29,438 nt of DNA from a virus (IMGVR_UViG_3300030372_003823:1-29438), one strand, 5' to 3'; positions 1 through 6,929 are shown, numbered from the stretch's first letter. Notes: generated by a model from the sequence alone, not told the origin. Made by a program: numbers and translations.

Positions 1-1
1 T

Positions 2-1150
2 AAAACTTCTTGTCTTTTCGTTGTATGCCCGATGATACTGCCGTAGGGATTCCAATCCCGTGTGGCAGGCGGCCTTATCAAACCAGCAGCGCGGTATCAG
101 CAGCTGCGCGGCATGAATACCATCTTCAAGGGGCAGCTTCGGAACAACCCGAAAATTTAATCCTAAATCCCAGGCAATCTCTCTTCTCGATTTACCACTA
201 CCCAATTCACGAACATCTATGTCGTGCGGTGCATTGTGTGTACCGTATAGGTATCCTTTTTGGTTGAGAACGGAACAGTAGTGGGGTAAGCCCTCATTCC
301 TATTCTCATAATAATCCATTACCTGGACGGCTCTCCCTACGGTCTGTGTAAACCAGATCGCGGTACTATCTCCAATTCCTAAATCCCACCAGGTATCTAC
401 CTTAACTGAGGGATCATAGGGAACCTTCGTAATTCTTCCAGCATCCAGAGCATCTTGCATTTCCTTACCAAAGATCGCGCCAGGCACATTCGCATTCCAG
501 CTACACTCAAACTCCTGGGCATACTGATCCGCAGACATCATCTTCTGCGCGGCCTCAAGTTCCTCTTTTGCTACTATCCCCGTTTCGCTGGCTTTGTAGA
601 CTGCCGTGATCCAATCGGTCTGCCCCTTCGCTTCTTCGTAGAGGTCAAAGAATGCGTTATGTCCTTTTGGGGTTCCGATGAAGACACACCAAGTCTTCCT
701 ATCAGCCGTTGAACGATCCGATAAGGCAGGCCTAATAACCTCAGGAAATAAGCTCTCAGGCATCTGAGAGTACTCATCAAGTATTGCACCATCTAAAAAT
801 ATTCCTCTTAAACTGTCAGGTGTCTCACCACCCAGTAAATTAATCCGCGCACCATTTGGAAGATCACACCGCAATTCAGTTTCGTGAAATCTCACTCCTG
901 GTATCTTTCCAGAAAAATCCTTTAGGTAATCCCAAGCTACACTTTTGGCCTGCCGATAGGTGGGGGCGATATATGCGTATCTGGGGTTCTTCTTCTGGTT
1001 AAGAATAGCGTCCCGTAAGACATGATTTATGGCCCATACAGTCTTGCCAAACCTTCTGTGTGCTACAACGACACCCCATCGCTTTTGCATCATCTGGTGG
1101 TGCAGTTTCGCTTGTATAGGGCGAGGTGCGTAAGGTATCTCTATTTTCAT
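2..1150 (-). CDS. terL: Terminase large subunit (3' end runs off the window; absent from the supplied ORF track)
   Basis: Hand translation from ATG at 1150: MKIEIPYAPRPIQAKLH... It contains Walker A (AHRRFGKT), YIAPTYRQAK, Walker B (LRGIFLDGAILDEY), motif III (FIGTPKG) and the nuclease-domain motif WDLGIGDSTAIWF. No stop codon before the window edge. Confidence 0.95.
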   Translation of the reverse strand, partial: MKIEIPYAPRPIQAKLHHQMMQKRWGVVVAHRRFGKTVWAINHVLRDAILNQKKNPRYAYIAPTYRQAKSVAWDYLKDFSGKIPGVRFHETELRCDLPNGARINLLGGETPDSLRGIFLDGAILDEYSQMPESLFPEVIRPALSDRSTADRKTWCVFIGTPKGHNAFFDLYEEAKGQTDWITAVYKASETGIVAKEELEAAQKMMSADQYAQEFECSWNANVPGAIFGKEMQDALDAGRITKVPYDPSVKVDTWWDLGIGDSTAIWFTQTVGRAVQVMDYYENRNEGLPHYCSVLNQKGYLYGTHNAPHDIDVRELGSGKSRREIAWDLGLNFRVVPKLPLEDGIHAAQLLIPRCWFDKAACHTGLESLRQYHRAYNEKTRSF

Positions 1151-1276
1151 GGTATCCTAAGTGTGTGAGTGTAAGACACTCTCCTCAGAGTATATAAACG
1201 ATATAAGAATCGCGCTCGAATTGGGGCTGGGTGGGGTATGACTTCCCCCTAAAAAAACAAAGTATTTATCTTAAAC

Positions 1277-1373
1277 GTAGCACAAAAAGTAGCACAATCC
1301 CTGGGTGCATTACATAATCTCCAACAATACTTGAGCCTGCTGGATTGCACGCACTAGAATAAAGATCTAGTGG
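1277..1373. other. Second att-like recombination site (arm-type pair plus core with a different 7-bp overlap)
   Basis: GTAGCACAA at 1277-1285 and 1289-1297; ACGCACTAGA-ATAAAGA-TCTAGTGG at 1349-1373. Both elements match attP (10931-10951 and 11048-11072) apart from the spacer and one base between the arm repeats. Confidence 0.75.
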
Positions 1374-1438
1374 GTGGTATGCCTGGTCAGCCTGCCTCGC
1401 GCACGAAGTTGCCGACAGACAGTACACATTATATATAT

Positions 1439-1528
1439 CTATCCCTCTTCCTTAGCTTCACAATCCACACATACTATCTCATCACCCTTACGCGTTCTGC
1501 CTTCCTTCTCACCACAACGATAGCACAT
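1439..1528 (-). CDS. Small zinc-ribbon-like protein (CxxC...CxxC); start uncertain
   Basis: MCYRCGEKEGRTRKGDEIVCVDCEAKEEG, the 3' part of ORF 1439..1627, directly after terS. Confidence 0.4.
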   Translation of the reverse strand: MCYRCGEKEGRTRKGDEIVCVDCEAKEEG

Positions 1529-1556
1529 TGTGAATGACACAAAGTTCACATTACGA

Positions 1557-1973
1557 TCACTCTGCCGCAACTGCTCCGTCAGCCCAGGTAATGACAATCG
1601 ATTTGTCCTTCTCGACATCTTCTCCACGATTAGTTAATCCTCTCGGTGACATCCTAGCGATCACCCATTTCAATGTATCTATCTTCAGCCTTCTCCTCTG
1701 CACCTCTGCATTGAGGAAACGACTATCCATATTCTCTGGCAAATCCTCATCAACTATATCCAAGCAATCATCCAGCAGCTTCTCCATCTGCATAATCCTG
1801 GCATTGGAATACAAATCCTTTATCTCTTCATTATCTCCCTGGAGAACTGCCTTAGACACAGTATCCCTATGAGGCATATCTGCTGCCTTACAGATAGCAT
1901 TGAGGCTCTCACCATCAGCTAGTCTGAAGGCGATCTTCTCCATGATCTCTTTAGTAACTGTAATTCTTGCCAT
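1557..1973 (-). CDS. terS: Terminase small subunit (Sf6 gp1/P22 gp3-like)
   Basis: N-terminal HTH (IAFRLADGESLNAICKAADMP), RRRLKIDTLKW motif and a C-terminal beta-strand (IVITW). Lies upstream of terL; GAGG RBS. Confidence 0.88.
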   Translation of the reverse strand: MARITVTKEIMEKIAFRLADGESLNAICKAADMPHRDTVSKAVLQGDNEEIKDLYSNARIMQMEKLLDDCLDIVDEDLPENMDSRFLNAEVQRRRLKIDTLKWVIARMSPRGLTNRGEDVEKDKSIVITWADGAVAAE

Positions 1974-1981
1974 GTGACCTC

Positions 1982-2008
1982 AAAAAAATAGGCTGCCCGA
2001 AAGCAGCC
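1982..2008 (-). terminator. Intrinsic terminator immediately upstream of terS (tR'-like)
   Basis: Minus strand reads GGCTGC-TTTCGG-GCAGCC followed by TATTTTTTT. Confidence 0.75.
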
Positions 2009-2081
2009 CAAGTTGTAGGGAAAATAATATGAACTCGTACTAATCTATGAAAGATGTGAATAGATCAGGGAGGTTGTCTGT

Positions 2082-2097
2082 CAACTATATGTTGTGG
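2082..2097. promoter_or_regulatory. NrdR-box-like motif in the terS leader
   Basis: Minus strand CCACAACATATAGTTG against the NrdR consensus acaCwAtATaTwGtgt; overlaps a minus-strand TTGACA at 2079-2084. Confidence 0.4.
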
Positions 2098-2138
2098 AAG
2101 CAACCATCAGTAGGAGATAACTCCCCGATCATATACAA

Positions 2139-2167
2139 AATGTATGGTGTTTCGATTAATTGGTAAA
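2139..2167 (-). promoter_or_regulatory. Putative late promoter (pR'-like)
   Basis: TTTACC-N17-TACATT; 20/29 identical to 22681-22709. Confidence 0.55.
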
Positions 2168-2195
2168 GCATTATTTACAATTTAACGCATTTTTT

Positions 2196-2651
2196 TTAAT
2201 GCAATGAATCATTATGTTGATTTGCTCGCTCAAATCCAATCCTGGCCCACTCTGGCATTCTGTCAGCTATGATGAGTGATAACCGTACCAATGCTGAAAT
2301 ATATTCTTGTTTGGTAATATGCACAGATCTTCCAATCATCTTAGATATCTTTGTCCATTTCGGGCCTCTCTCTCTGAATGCTGCTGAATGAGCCACTGCC
2401 CAGATCAGTCTCCTATCCTCTACAGTTGTCAAAAGTGCAAACCCTAGTGCTACGTCATGCCTGGTAACTTCTCTTGTTGTTGGTGAAATAAGTTTAACTG
2501 GTGCATCCTTATCCCAGCCATATGCCTGCCAGGTCAGCTTGTATTGAGGCCAGGATGCCATCTTCTGCTTTCTGAATGGTGAAGGCAGCTTCCTCTCGGT
2601 TTCAGCTGCCTCCATAAAGAGATCGTCTAATGTTGATGCAGACCAGTTCAT
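2196..2651 (-). CDS. DUF6362-like protein, putative late-gene regulator/antiterminator
   Basis: W...L...F.EAA.T.R.LP...SWP N-terminus and a C-terminal HTH-like segment (KWTKISKMIGRS). Occupies the lambda Q position, upstream of a promoter-terminator-terS unit. Confidence 0.6.
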   Translation of the reverse strand: MNWSASTLDDLFMEAAETERKLPSPFRKQKMASWPQYKLTWQAYGWDKDAPVKLISPTTREVTRHDVALGFALLTTVEDRRLIWAVAHSAAFRERGPKWTKISKMIGRSVHITKQEYISALVRLSLIIADRMPEWARIGFERANQHNDSLH

Positions 2652-2652
2652 A

Positions 2653-2776
2653 TACAGATTGTAGTATTACAATTTGTAGTCTTACAGATTGTAGTACTTC
2701 TTTTTTTAAGATATTTGTTTTTTTGATTTTCAACTAAGTGAATACAATTTGTAGTCTTACAGATTGTAGTACTACA
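2653..2776. repeat. 15-bp iteron-like repeats with a palindromic TACA-N3-TGTA core flanking an AT-rich spacer
   Basis: Units start at 2653, 2668, 2683, 2743 and 2758 (TACAGATTGTAGT../TACAATTTGTAGT..); T-rich spacer at 2698-2742. Confidence 0.85.
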
Positions 2777-2796
2777 GTGAAAATGACCTGCGGCCA

Positions 2797-2824
2797 ATTC
2801 TAAAAAACTGATTATTTCTGTCAA
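2797..2824 (-). promoter_or_regulatory. Sigma70-type promoter overlapped by a 17-bp operator
   Basis: TTGACA-N16-TAGAAT on the minus strand; operator-like CTGATTATTTCTGTCAA at 2808-2824. Confidence 0.6.
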
Positions 2825-2841
2825 GCACTTAATCATAAAAA

Positions 2842-3111
2842 TCAATATTTTTCTAAAGAACCAGCCAAAAAGATGTAATTTGCTGCATCTATTGCATGGT
2901 CTTCCTGGTATCCAGAGTTCTCCCAGCGCGCTAATTTCATCTCAGCAAGCAGCCTACAGACCATCGATGGACTGATCTCCATCTCCAGGGTGTTTGACCA
3001 TCTGTGGGCAATTTTACGGTACAGAGGCCTATAATCTCCATAGGACTGCCCACGGCTCTCCAATATAGCCTTTGCCTTCTCAGCAAGTTCTTTTGGGTCA
3101 CTCATATCCAT
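2842..3111 (-). CDS. DUF6378-like protein (all-alpha nucleotide-hydrolase-like family)
   Basis: RGQSYGD...IAHRWS...MKLAR...DHAIDAANY pattern. Confidence 0.75.
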   Translation of the reverse strand: MDMSDPKELAEKAKAILESRGQSYGDYRPLYRKIAHRWSNTLEMEISPSMVCRLLAEMKLARWENSGYQEDHAIDAANYIFLAGSLEKY

Positions 3112-3641
3112 CCTATCCTTGGTTGCTCATTATTACCCTGCTCCCAGACAAACCATGCCAGTGCCATCATGCCTCCAGAGTACGGGGTGCCATTCTTCAT
3201 CAGTGATTGTCGTTGTGAAAATACCCACACTGTTTTTGGTGGATGTTCTTTAAAGAATTTGTGCCGTGCTACTCCCTCAAGGAAGTTCAGCTTCAATAGC
3301 AATGCGACTTTTCTTTTTGATAAAGTAATAGCCTGCTCTGCAAAATCCAAAGCATTCTTGTATGGAGGGTTTGTAACAATATTATCTCTCTTTGTGCGCT
3401 CCATGAGGAAATCAATCCTCGGTGTGCCATATCCTCTATCAATGAGATCTGAAGCCTCTACCTCATAACCTTCATCCTCTAGTACTGTAGCTATATGACC
3501 CTGACCGCAACACGGTTCATAGATACCGCCAACAAACTCTTCTACATTAAGCAATGCCGAAGTCGATTCTGACGGTGTTGCGTAGAAGTCATCCTTCTCA
3601 CGGGTGTCGCTATTACCTACAATCTGTTGAACATTACCCAT
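3102..3641 (-). CDS. Phage DNA N6-adenine methyltransferase
   Basis: DFYATP N-terminus, SAM-binding motif I (EPCCGQG) and catalytic motif IV (TNPPY). Confidence 0.85.
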   Translation of the reverse strand: MGNVQQIVGNSDTREKDDFYATPSESTSALLNVEEFVGGIYEPCCGQGHIATVLEDEGYEVEASDLIDRGYGTPRIDFLMERTKRDNIVTNPPYKNALDFAEQAITLSKRKVALLLKLNFLEGVARHKFFKEHPPKTVWVFSQRQSLMKNGTPYSGGMMALAWFVWEQGNNEQPRIGWI

Positions 3642-3777
3642 ATTTGGACTTCCCCAATTTTCTTGGGCTTGTTTTTTTATTCTTCATTTTGTTTGAAATT
3701 CTGTAGGACTGCATTTTATCCCGTTTAATCGGCTTTAAAGCAAATTCCTCTGCTATTGATTTTCTTTTATTATCCAT
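3634..3777 (-). CDS. Small basic hypothetical protein, 47 aa (not in track)
   Basis: MDNKRKSIAEEFALKPIKRDKMQSYRISNKMKNKKTSPRKLGKSKYG. GAGGGA upstream; fills the operon gap and overlaps both neighbours. Confidence 0.5.
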   Translation of the reverse strand: MDNKRKSIAEEFALKPIKRDKMQSYRISNKMKNKKTSPRKLGKSKYG

Positions 3778-3944
3778 CCTGATCCCTCACATTCTTCGCA
3801 TTTGTCTTGATATGTTTTGAGGTAACCGCCTTCTTCATAATCTATTACGGGCCTCTCAATCATTACTTCACCAGTTCCCTGGCAATCCTTACAGTCCTCA
3901 AGATCCTCATCATCCACCCACCGATCTACAATGAAAATCTTCAA
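3753..3944 (-). CDS. Small DnaJ-type zinc-finger protein
   Basis: Two CxxCxGxG motifs (CKDCQGTG, CEECEGSG). TTG start overlaps the upstream stop codon. Confidence 0.7.
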   Translation of the reverse strand: MKIFIVDRWVDDEDLEDCKDCQGTGEVMIERPVIDYEEGGYLKTYQDKCEECEGSGWIIKENQ

Positions 3945-4108
3945 CCGTACCTACAACGATATGCAGTTATAAACATTAGGATATCGAACCAATCGCCAGT
4001 GATGCCAAAATCCTTACAGATATCTTCCTCTGTACTGCCTTGGTCCTGCAAAACTTTGACTGTCTTAATGGAATCCAGATGGTATTCTAAATATTGGATA
4101 TCGATCAT
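3941..4108 (-). CDS. Small HTH-like hypothetical protein, 55 aa (not in track)
   Basis: MIDIQYLEYHLDSIKTVKVLQDQGSTEEDICKDFGITGDWFDILMFITAYRCRYG. ATGA overlap with the VRR-NUC stop and TTGA overlap with the next gene. Confidence 0.6.
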   Translation of the reverse strand: MIDIQYLEYHLDSIKTVKVLQDQGSTEEDICKDFGITGDWFDILMFITAYRCRYG

Positions 4109-4524
4109 ATTACATTCTCCCTAATTCTAATCGTGATAAGTTTTTTGAGTTCGTTCTCGATTTGGCTTGCCTGGTGACAGACAAAGATATGGCAGTCAGC
4201 CTCTTGGAGGGCGGTGCCTATCTCTCTCTGGTTTTTACTGATGCGCCCCTTGGTCACTGGGTTCTTGAGTTCAAAGAATATTGGCGCAAATAAACTTGGA
4301 TCTAGCCAGTGTCTCCTGGGTATGAATAACTCCAGGTCAGGCCAACCAAAGTTGGTGCCCAAGGTCTTCAGCTTACGCATGAAGTTCATCTTCCTCATGC
4401 CTTCGTTTGGAGAGTGATGAACCACAGATCCCTTTGGCAAAGTGATTCGCAACCAATCGACTGTCCACTTATGAAATTGCTCTTCATTCATGGAATTTAT
4501 AGAAGTCATTTGGCTGCACCGCAC
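4105..4524 (-). CDS. VRR-NUC nuclease (Holliday junction resolvase-like); true start probably at MNEEQ
   Basis: E..F...V...HSPNEG, GWPDL, FFELK...GRIS.NQ PD-(D/E)XK signature. Confidence 0.85.
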   Translation of the reverse strand: MRCSQMTSINSMNEEQFHKWTVDWLRITLPKGSVVHHSPNEGMRKMNFMRKLKTLGTNFGWPDLELFIPRRHWLDPSLFAPIFFELKNPVTKGRISKNQREIGTALQEADCHIFVCHQASQIENELKKLITIRIRENVI

Positions 4525-4696
4525 CGTCCGTCATATTGACGATGTTTCGCATAAATTCTTGATTTGGAATCGTATAGTATTGATGCTTTGGATCAAGGCA
4601 CCACCGCCTTACTACTCCAGCATGAGAGGCTCCCAGCTTCAATGCCAGCTGAACATAGCTTAATTTCTTAACCGTTCTCCACTCGTTTAACTTCAA
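4484..4696 (-). CDS. Cro-like HTH regulator
   Basis: 70 aa; MKLNEWR..KKLSYVQLALKLG HTH and GAVQPNDFY tail. First gene of the leftward operon; GAGGT RBS. Confidence 0.82.
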   Translation of the reverse strand: MKLNEWRTVKKLSYVQLALKLGASHAGVVRRWCLDPKHQYYTIPNQEFMRNIVNMTDGAVQPNDFYKFHE

Positions 4697-4758
4697 ACTT
4701 ACCTCATTTTAGTCAGGATTAAACTTGATTCTATATTGATTCAAAATTGATCTTAAAT

Positions 4759-4826
4759 AGGATAACATCTTGATTAATTCAGTCAATATTAAATTATTTG
4801 ACAGTTAATTTACCTTGGCATATGAT
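4759..4826. promoter_or_regulatory. Divergent promoter pair with operator (genetic switch)
   Basis: Rightward TTGACA(4798)-N17-TATGAT(4821). Leftward TTGACT(4786)-N16-TATCCT with an extended TG. Operator TTGATTAATTCAGTCAA at 4770-4786 covers the leftward -35. Confidence 0.7.
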
Positions 4827-4861
4827 CAAGGTTTGGAAGCAATTTGATATAGGAGAGCATT

Positions 4862-5506
4862 ATGCCTGATAAATCTAAATTTTTTGTTGTTAAGGAAACT
4901 AACACTGAGGTAGGTGAGTATGAATCAGATGCTCCAAATTTAATGGCTCCGTTTCTTCGGGTGATGGACGAAAGATTTATTAATATGTGTAAGGCCATCG
5001 TCACAGATGACATACAGATGATTGAGGAAGCGCAAAAGAGAAAATGGGATCCAAGTAGCACAGTGGCACGAAAGTTCTGGCTTCAGTCTCCAGTATATCG
5101 CCATGTATTGAATTATGCAGTCATTTCCGCACTGACGGGTACTTCCGTTCCAATAAGTTACATGGTAACGAAACTGGGCAGCACCTATACCACTATTCAA
5201 AGGATTGTTAACGAAGCCGAAGCTGAAGGATATATAGACGTATATAACAAAGGCGATTCTAAATCTAAAACAACTATAGCGTGTAAACCTAATCTCCTTC
5301 TGAATTTTATGATGTGTTATTGCATTGAACGAGCAGAAGGCTGGAATGCAGTGCTGAATGATTTTGATACAAACAATTTCCACATTTGGTATGAGAGCAT
5401 GAAGGATGATCCCAAGAAAGCAGAAATGTTTAAAGAAAGTTTTGGGAAGGCTTTGGAAGAAGCAGAAGCACTGAAAGTAAAGTTCACTGAAAGTAAAGTT
5501 CAGTGA
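4862..5506 (+). CDS. Winged-helix (MarR-like) domain protein
   Basis: ISYMVTKLGSTYTTIQRIVNEAEAEGYI...DSKSKTTI winged-HTH pattern; AGGAG RBS. Confidence 0.6.
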   Translation: MPDKSKFFVVKETNTEVGEYESDAPNLMAPFLRVMDERFINMCKAIVTDDIQMIEEAQKRKWDPSSTVARKFWLQSPVYRHVLNYAVISALTGTSVPISYMVTKLGSTYTTIQRIVNEAEAEGYIDVYNKGDSKSKTTIACKPNLLLNFMMCYCIERAEGWNAVLNDFDTNNFHIWYESMKDDPKKAEMFKESFGKALEEAEALKVKFTESKVQ

Positions 5507-5534
5507 AAGTAAAGTACTGTAAGTTGCTTTCACT
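5469..5534 (+). repeat. Three 16-bp tandem repeats plus one inverted copy
   Basis: CACTGAAAGTAAAGTT at 5469 and 5485, CAGTGAAAGTAAAGTA at 5501; TTGCTTTCACT (5524-5534) pairs with AGTGAAAGTAA (5502-5512). Confidence 0.8.
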
Positions 5535-5605
5535 ACTAATTAAATACGAATCATTTATTCTAATGGGAGGAAGCAATTAAATAATTAAGTCAGGAGGATA
5601 TATTA

Positions 5606-5740
5606 ATGCTTACAAATTCAATTAACGGAAAAACGAATTACTGGCTGGATGTTCCACCCACAGTTTTTAAATGGATAAATGTTTCAAACAATGTAACCAC
5701 GGCTCCACCAAACGGAGGTGCAGCATGGTTAAGAACATAA
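5606..5740 (+). CDS. Small ORF, 44 aa (not in track)
   Basis: AGGAGG 8 nt upstream; MLTNSINGKTNYWLDVPPTVFKWINVSNNVTTAPPNGGAAWLRT. Confidence 0.55.
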   Translation: MLTNSINGKTNYWLDVPPTVFKWINVSNNVTTAPPNGGAAWLRT

Positions 5741-5850
5741 GAATAGGAACTCTCCAGGAACAATTATCGTTTTGGAAGGGTCAGAAAAGAAGGCTTTGTT
5801 CTTTGACTAATTTAGCCAACCACTGTAAATATGGGGGGCAGAATCAATGA
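5725..5850 (+). CDS. Small ORF, 41 aa, coupled to the repressor (not in track)
   Basis: GGAGGT RBS; MVKNIRIGTLQEQLSFWKGQKRRLCSLTNLANHCKYGGQNQ; stop overlaps the repressor start (ATGA). Confidence 0.5.
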   Translation: MVKNIRIGTLQEQLSFWKGQKRRLCSLTNLANHCKYGGQNQ

Positions 5851-6530
5851 ACGTAATACATCTAAACAACAAGTCGAATAAGCTAATGGGAATAGGAAAT
5901 AACTTAAAAAAGATAGTGAGGGAGAAGGGTGTAGTTGGCAAAAAACTTGCCGATGAAATGAACCTTGCGGCAGAAACGGTGAGCCGCCACATGAACCCTA
6001 AAACCCAAATCTCTATGAAATATGCCCATGAGTATGCTGAAGTTCTGGGAGTAGAGCCAGAGGATATTTATCGTACTCAGGTGCCTCTGGAACTGATTGG
6101 ATCGCTGCAAGAGGATATGCACATAGATTTGTATTCCAAGAGAGAACGATTTGAGTTAGTTGGGCCTATTAACTATCCAGCGCATTACCAGGGAATTCGG
6201 ATTTTCAATTACTTTGCACCGCATGAAGAATCAGTTCTTATCTTTGATGGCGAAACAAAGGCCATTAAGCGCATGGGTGTTATAAGTATTTTGCGTTACC
6301 GAATGAAGAACGGTAAAGAGAATACGGTATTAGGATTTCCATTTGAGCAGGGCTGGGGAGAATATAATATTCGTGTTTCTCAGGCTATGTTTCAGCGAGT
6401 GCAATGGGAAGGCAAAAGAAAGAAGTTAGCGGAGATGTGGATCAAGGATATTGAATTGCTTTGGGCCTCTCCAATATTAACCTCTGTTTATCTGCCATCT
6501 GACATGGATTGTGAGATCATAGAACAATAA
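5847..6530 (+). CDS. CI-like XRE-family repressor
   Basis: N-terminal HTH (NNLKKIVREKG...LADEMNLAAETVSRHMN...YAEVLGVEPEDI) plus a C-terminal beta domain; divergent from cro. Confidence 0.75.
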   Translation: MNVIHLNNKSNKLMGIGNNLKKIVREKGVVGKKLADEMNLAAETVSRHMNPKTQISMKYAHEYAEVLGVEPEDIYRTQVPLELIGSLQEDMHIDLYSKRERFELVGPINYPAHYQGIRIFNYFAPHEESVLIFDGETKAIKRMGVISILRYRMKNGKENTVLGFPFEQGWGEYNIRVSQAMFQRVQWEGKRKKLAEMWIKDIELLWASPILTSVYLPSDMDCEIIEQ

Positions 6531-6554
6531 AAAAAAGGGCGGTGAAAACCGCCC
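6529..6554 (-). terminator. Intrinsic terminator between convergent genes
   Basis: GGGCGGT-N4-ACCGCCC stem; T8 tract on the minus strand. Confidence 0.8.
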
Positions 6555-6574
6555 CTTCATCTATGTCTTAACGA

Positions 6575-6883
6575 TCAGTATCTATTTACATCCGTAGTAG
6601 GTTCATACTCCAGGGGGCCATCTTCATCAAGTGACTTGAGACGGTTCTTTTTCTCATAATATTTTGGATATCTAATTCTGTCTGTAAAGTTCATAAATGT
6701 TTTGTCTCCCATAAATTTGTCCTCTTCAAGGCTATCAAATATTTTTTTCATGCGTGTTACTACATCTGCCCATTCATCATCTGTCATGTTTTTAAATTCA
6801 TCGTGATCTTGAAATTTCGGGCCATCCTTGGTCTGCGTGTTTTTAATAAACTTTATTATTCTATCCAAACTATCTTGGGTCAT
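6575..6883 (-). CDS. Hypothetical standalone (moron-like) protein
   Basis: Part of ORF 6575..6925; AAGGAG precedes MTQDS at 6883. Has its own terminator and is opposite in orientation to its neighbours. Confidence 0.6.
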   Translation of the reverse strand: MTQDSLDRIIKFIKNTQTKDGPKFQDHDEFKNMTDDEWADVVTRMKKIFDSLEEDKFMGDKTFMNFTDRIRYPKYYEKKNRLKSLDEDGPLEYEPTTDVNRY

Positions 6884-6929
6884 TATATGCTCCTTTGTTA
6901 CTTCCATCTTAATATTTATAATCATTAAA

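Noticed and set aside
10-792. Track ORFs 10..267, 455..712 and 574..792
   Set aside because: They are shadow frames of terL, which occupies 2-1150 on the minus strand with all expected motifs.
1305-1335. Possible dif/Xer site (TTATGTAATG on the minus strand)
   Set aside because: Only a partial XerD-like arm; no XerC-like arm 6 bp away.
2648-2845. 65-aa ORF with STTICKTTNC repeats
   Set aside because: The peptide repeat mirrors the palindromic DNA repeats, and the ORF spans a consensus promoter and operator. Probably non-coding, though the stop/start overlaps at both ends mean it is not excluded.
2653-5534. Repeat clusters at 2653 and 5469 as mini-CRISPR arrays or type III antitoxin repeats
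   Set aside because: Units are 15-16 bp and directly tandem with no unique spacers; no cas or ToxN/AbiQ-like gene is recognisable.
5606-5740. Arbitrium-like signalling peptide
   Set aside because: No hydrophobic signal peptide and no TPR/RRNPP receptor nearby.
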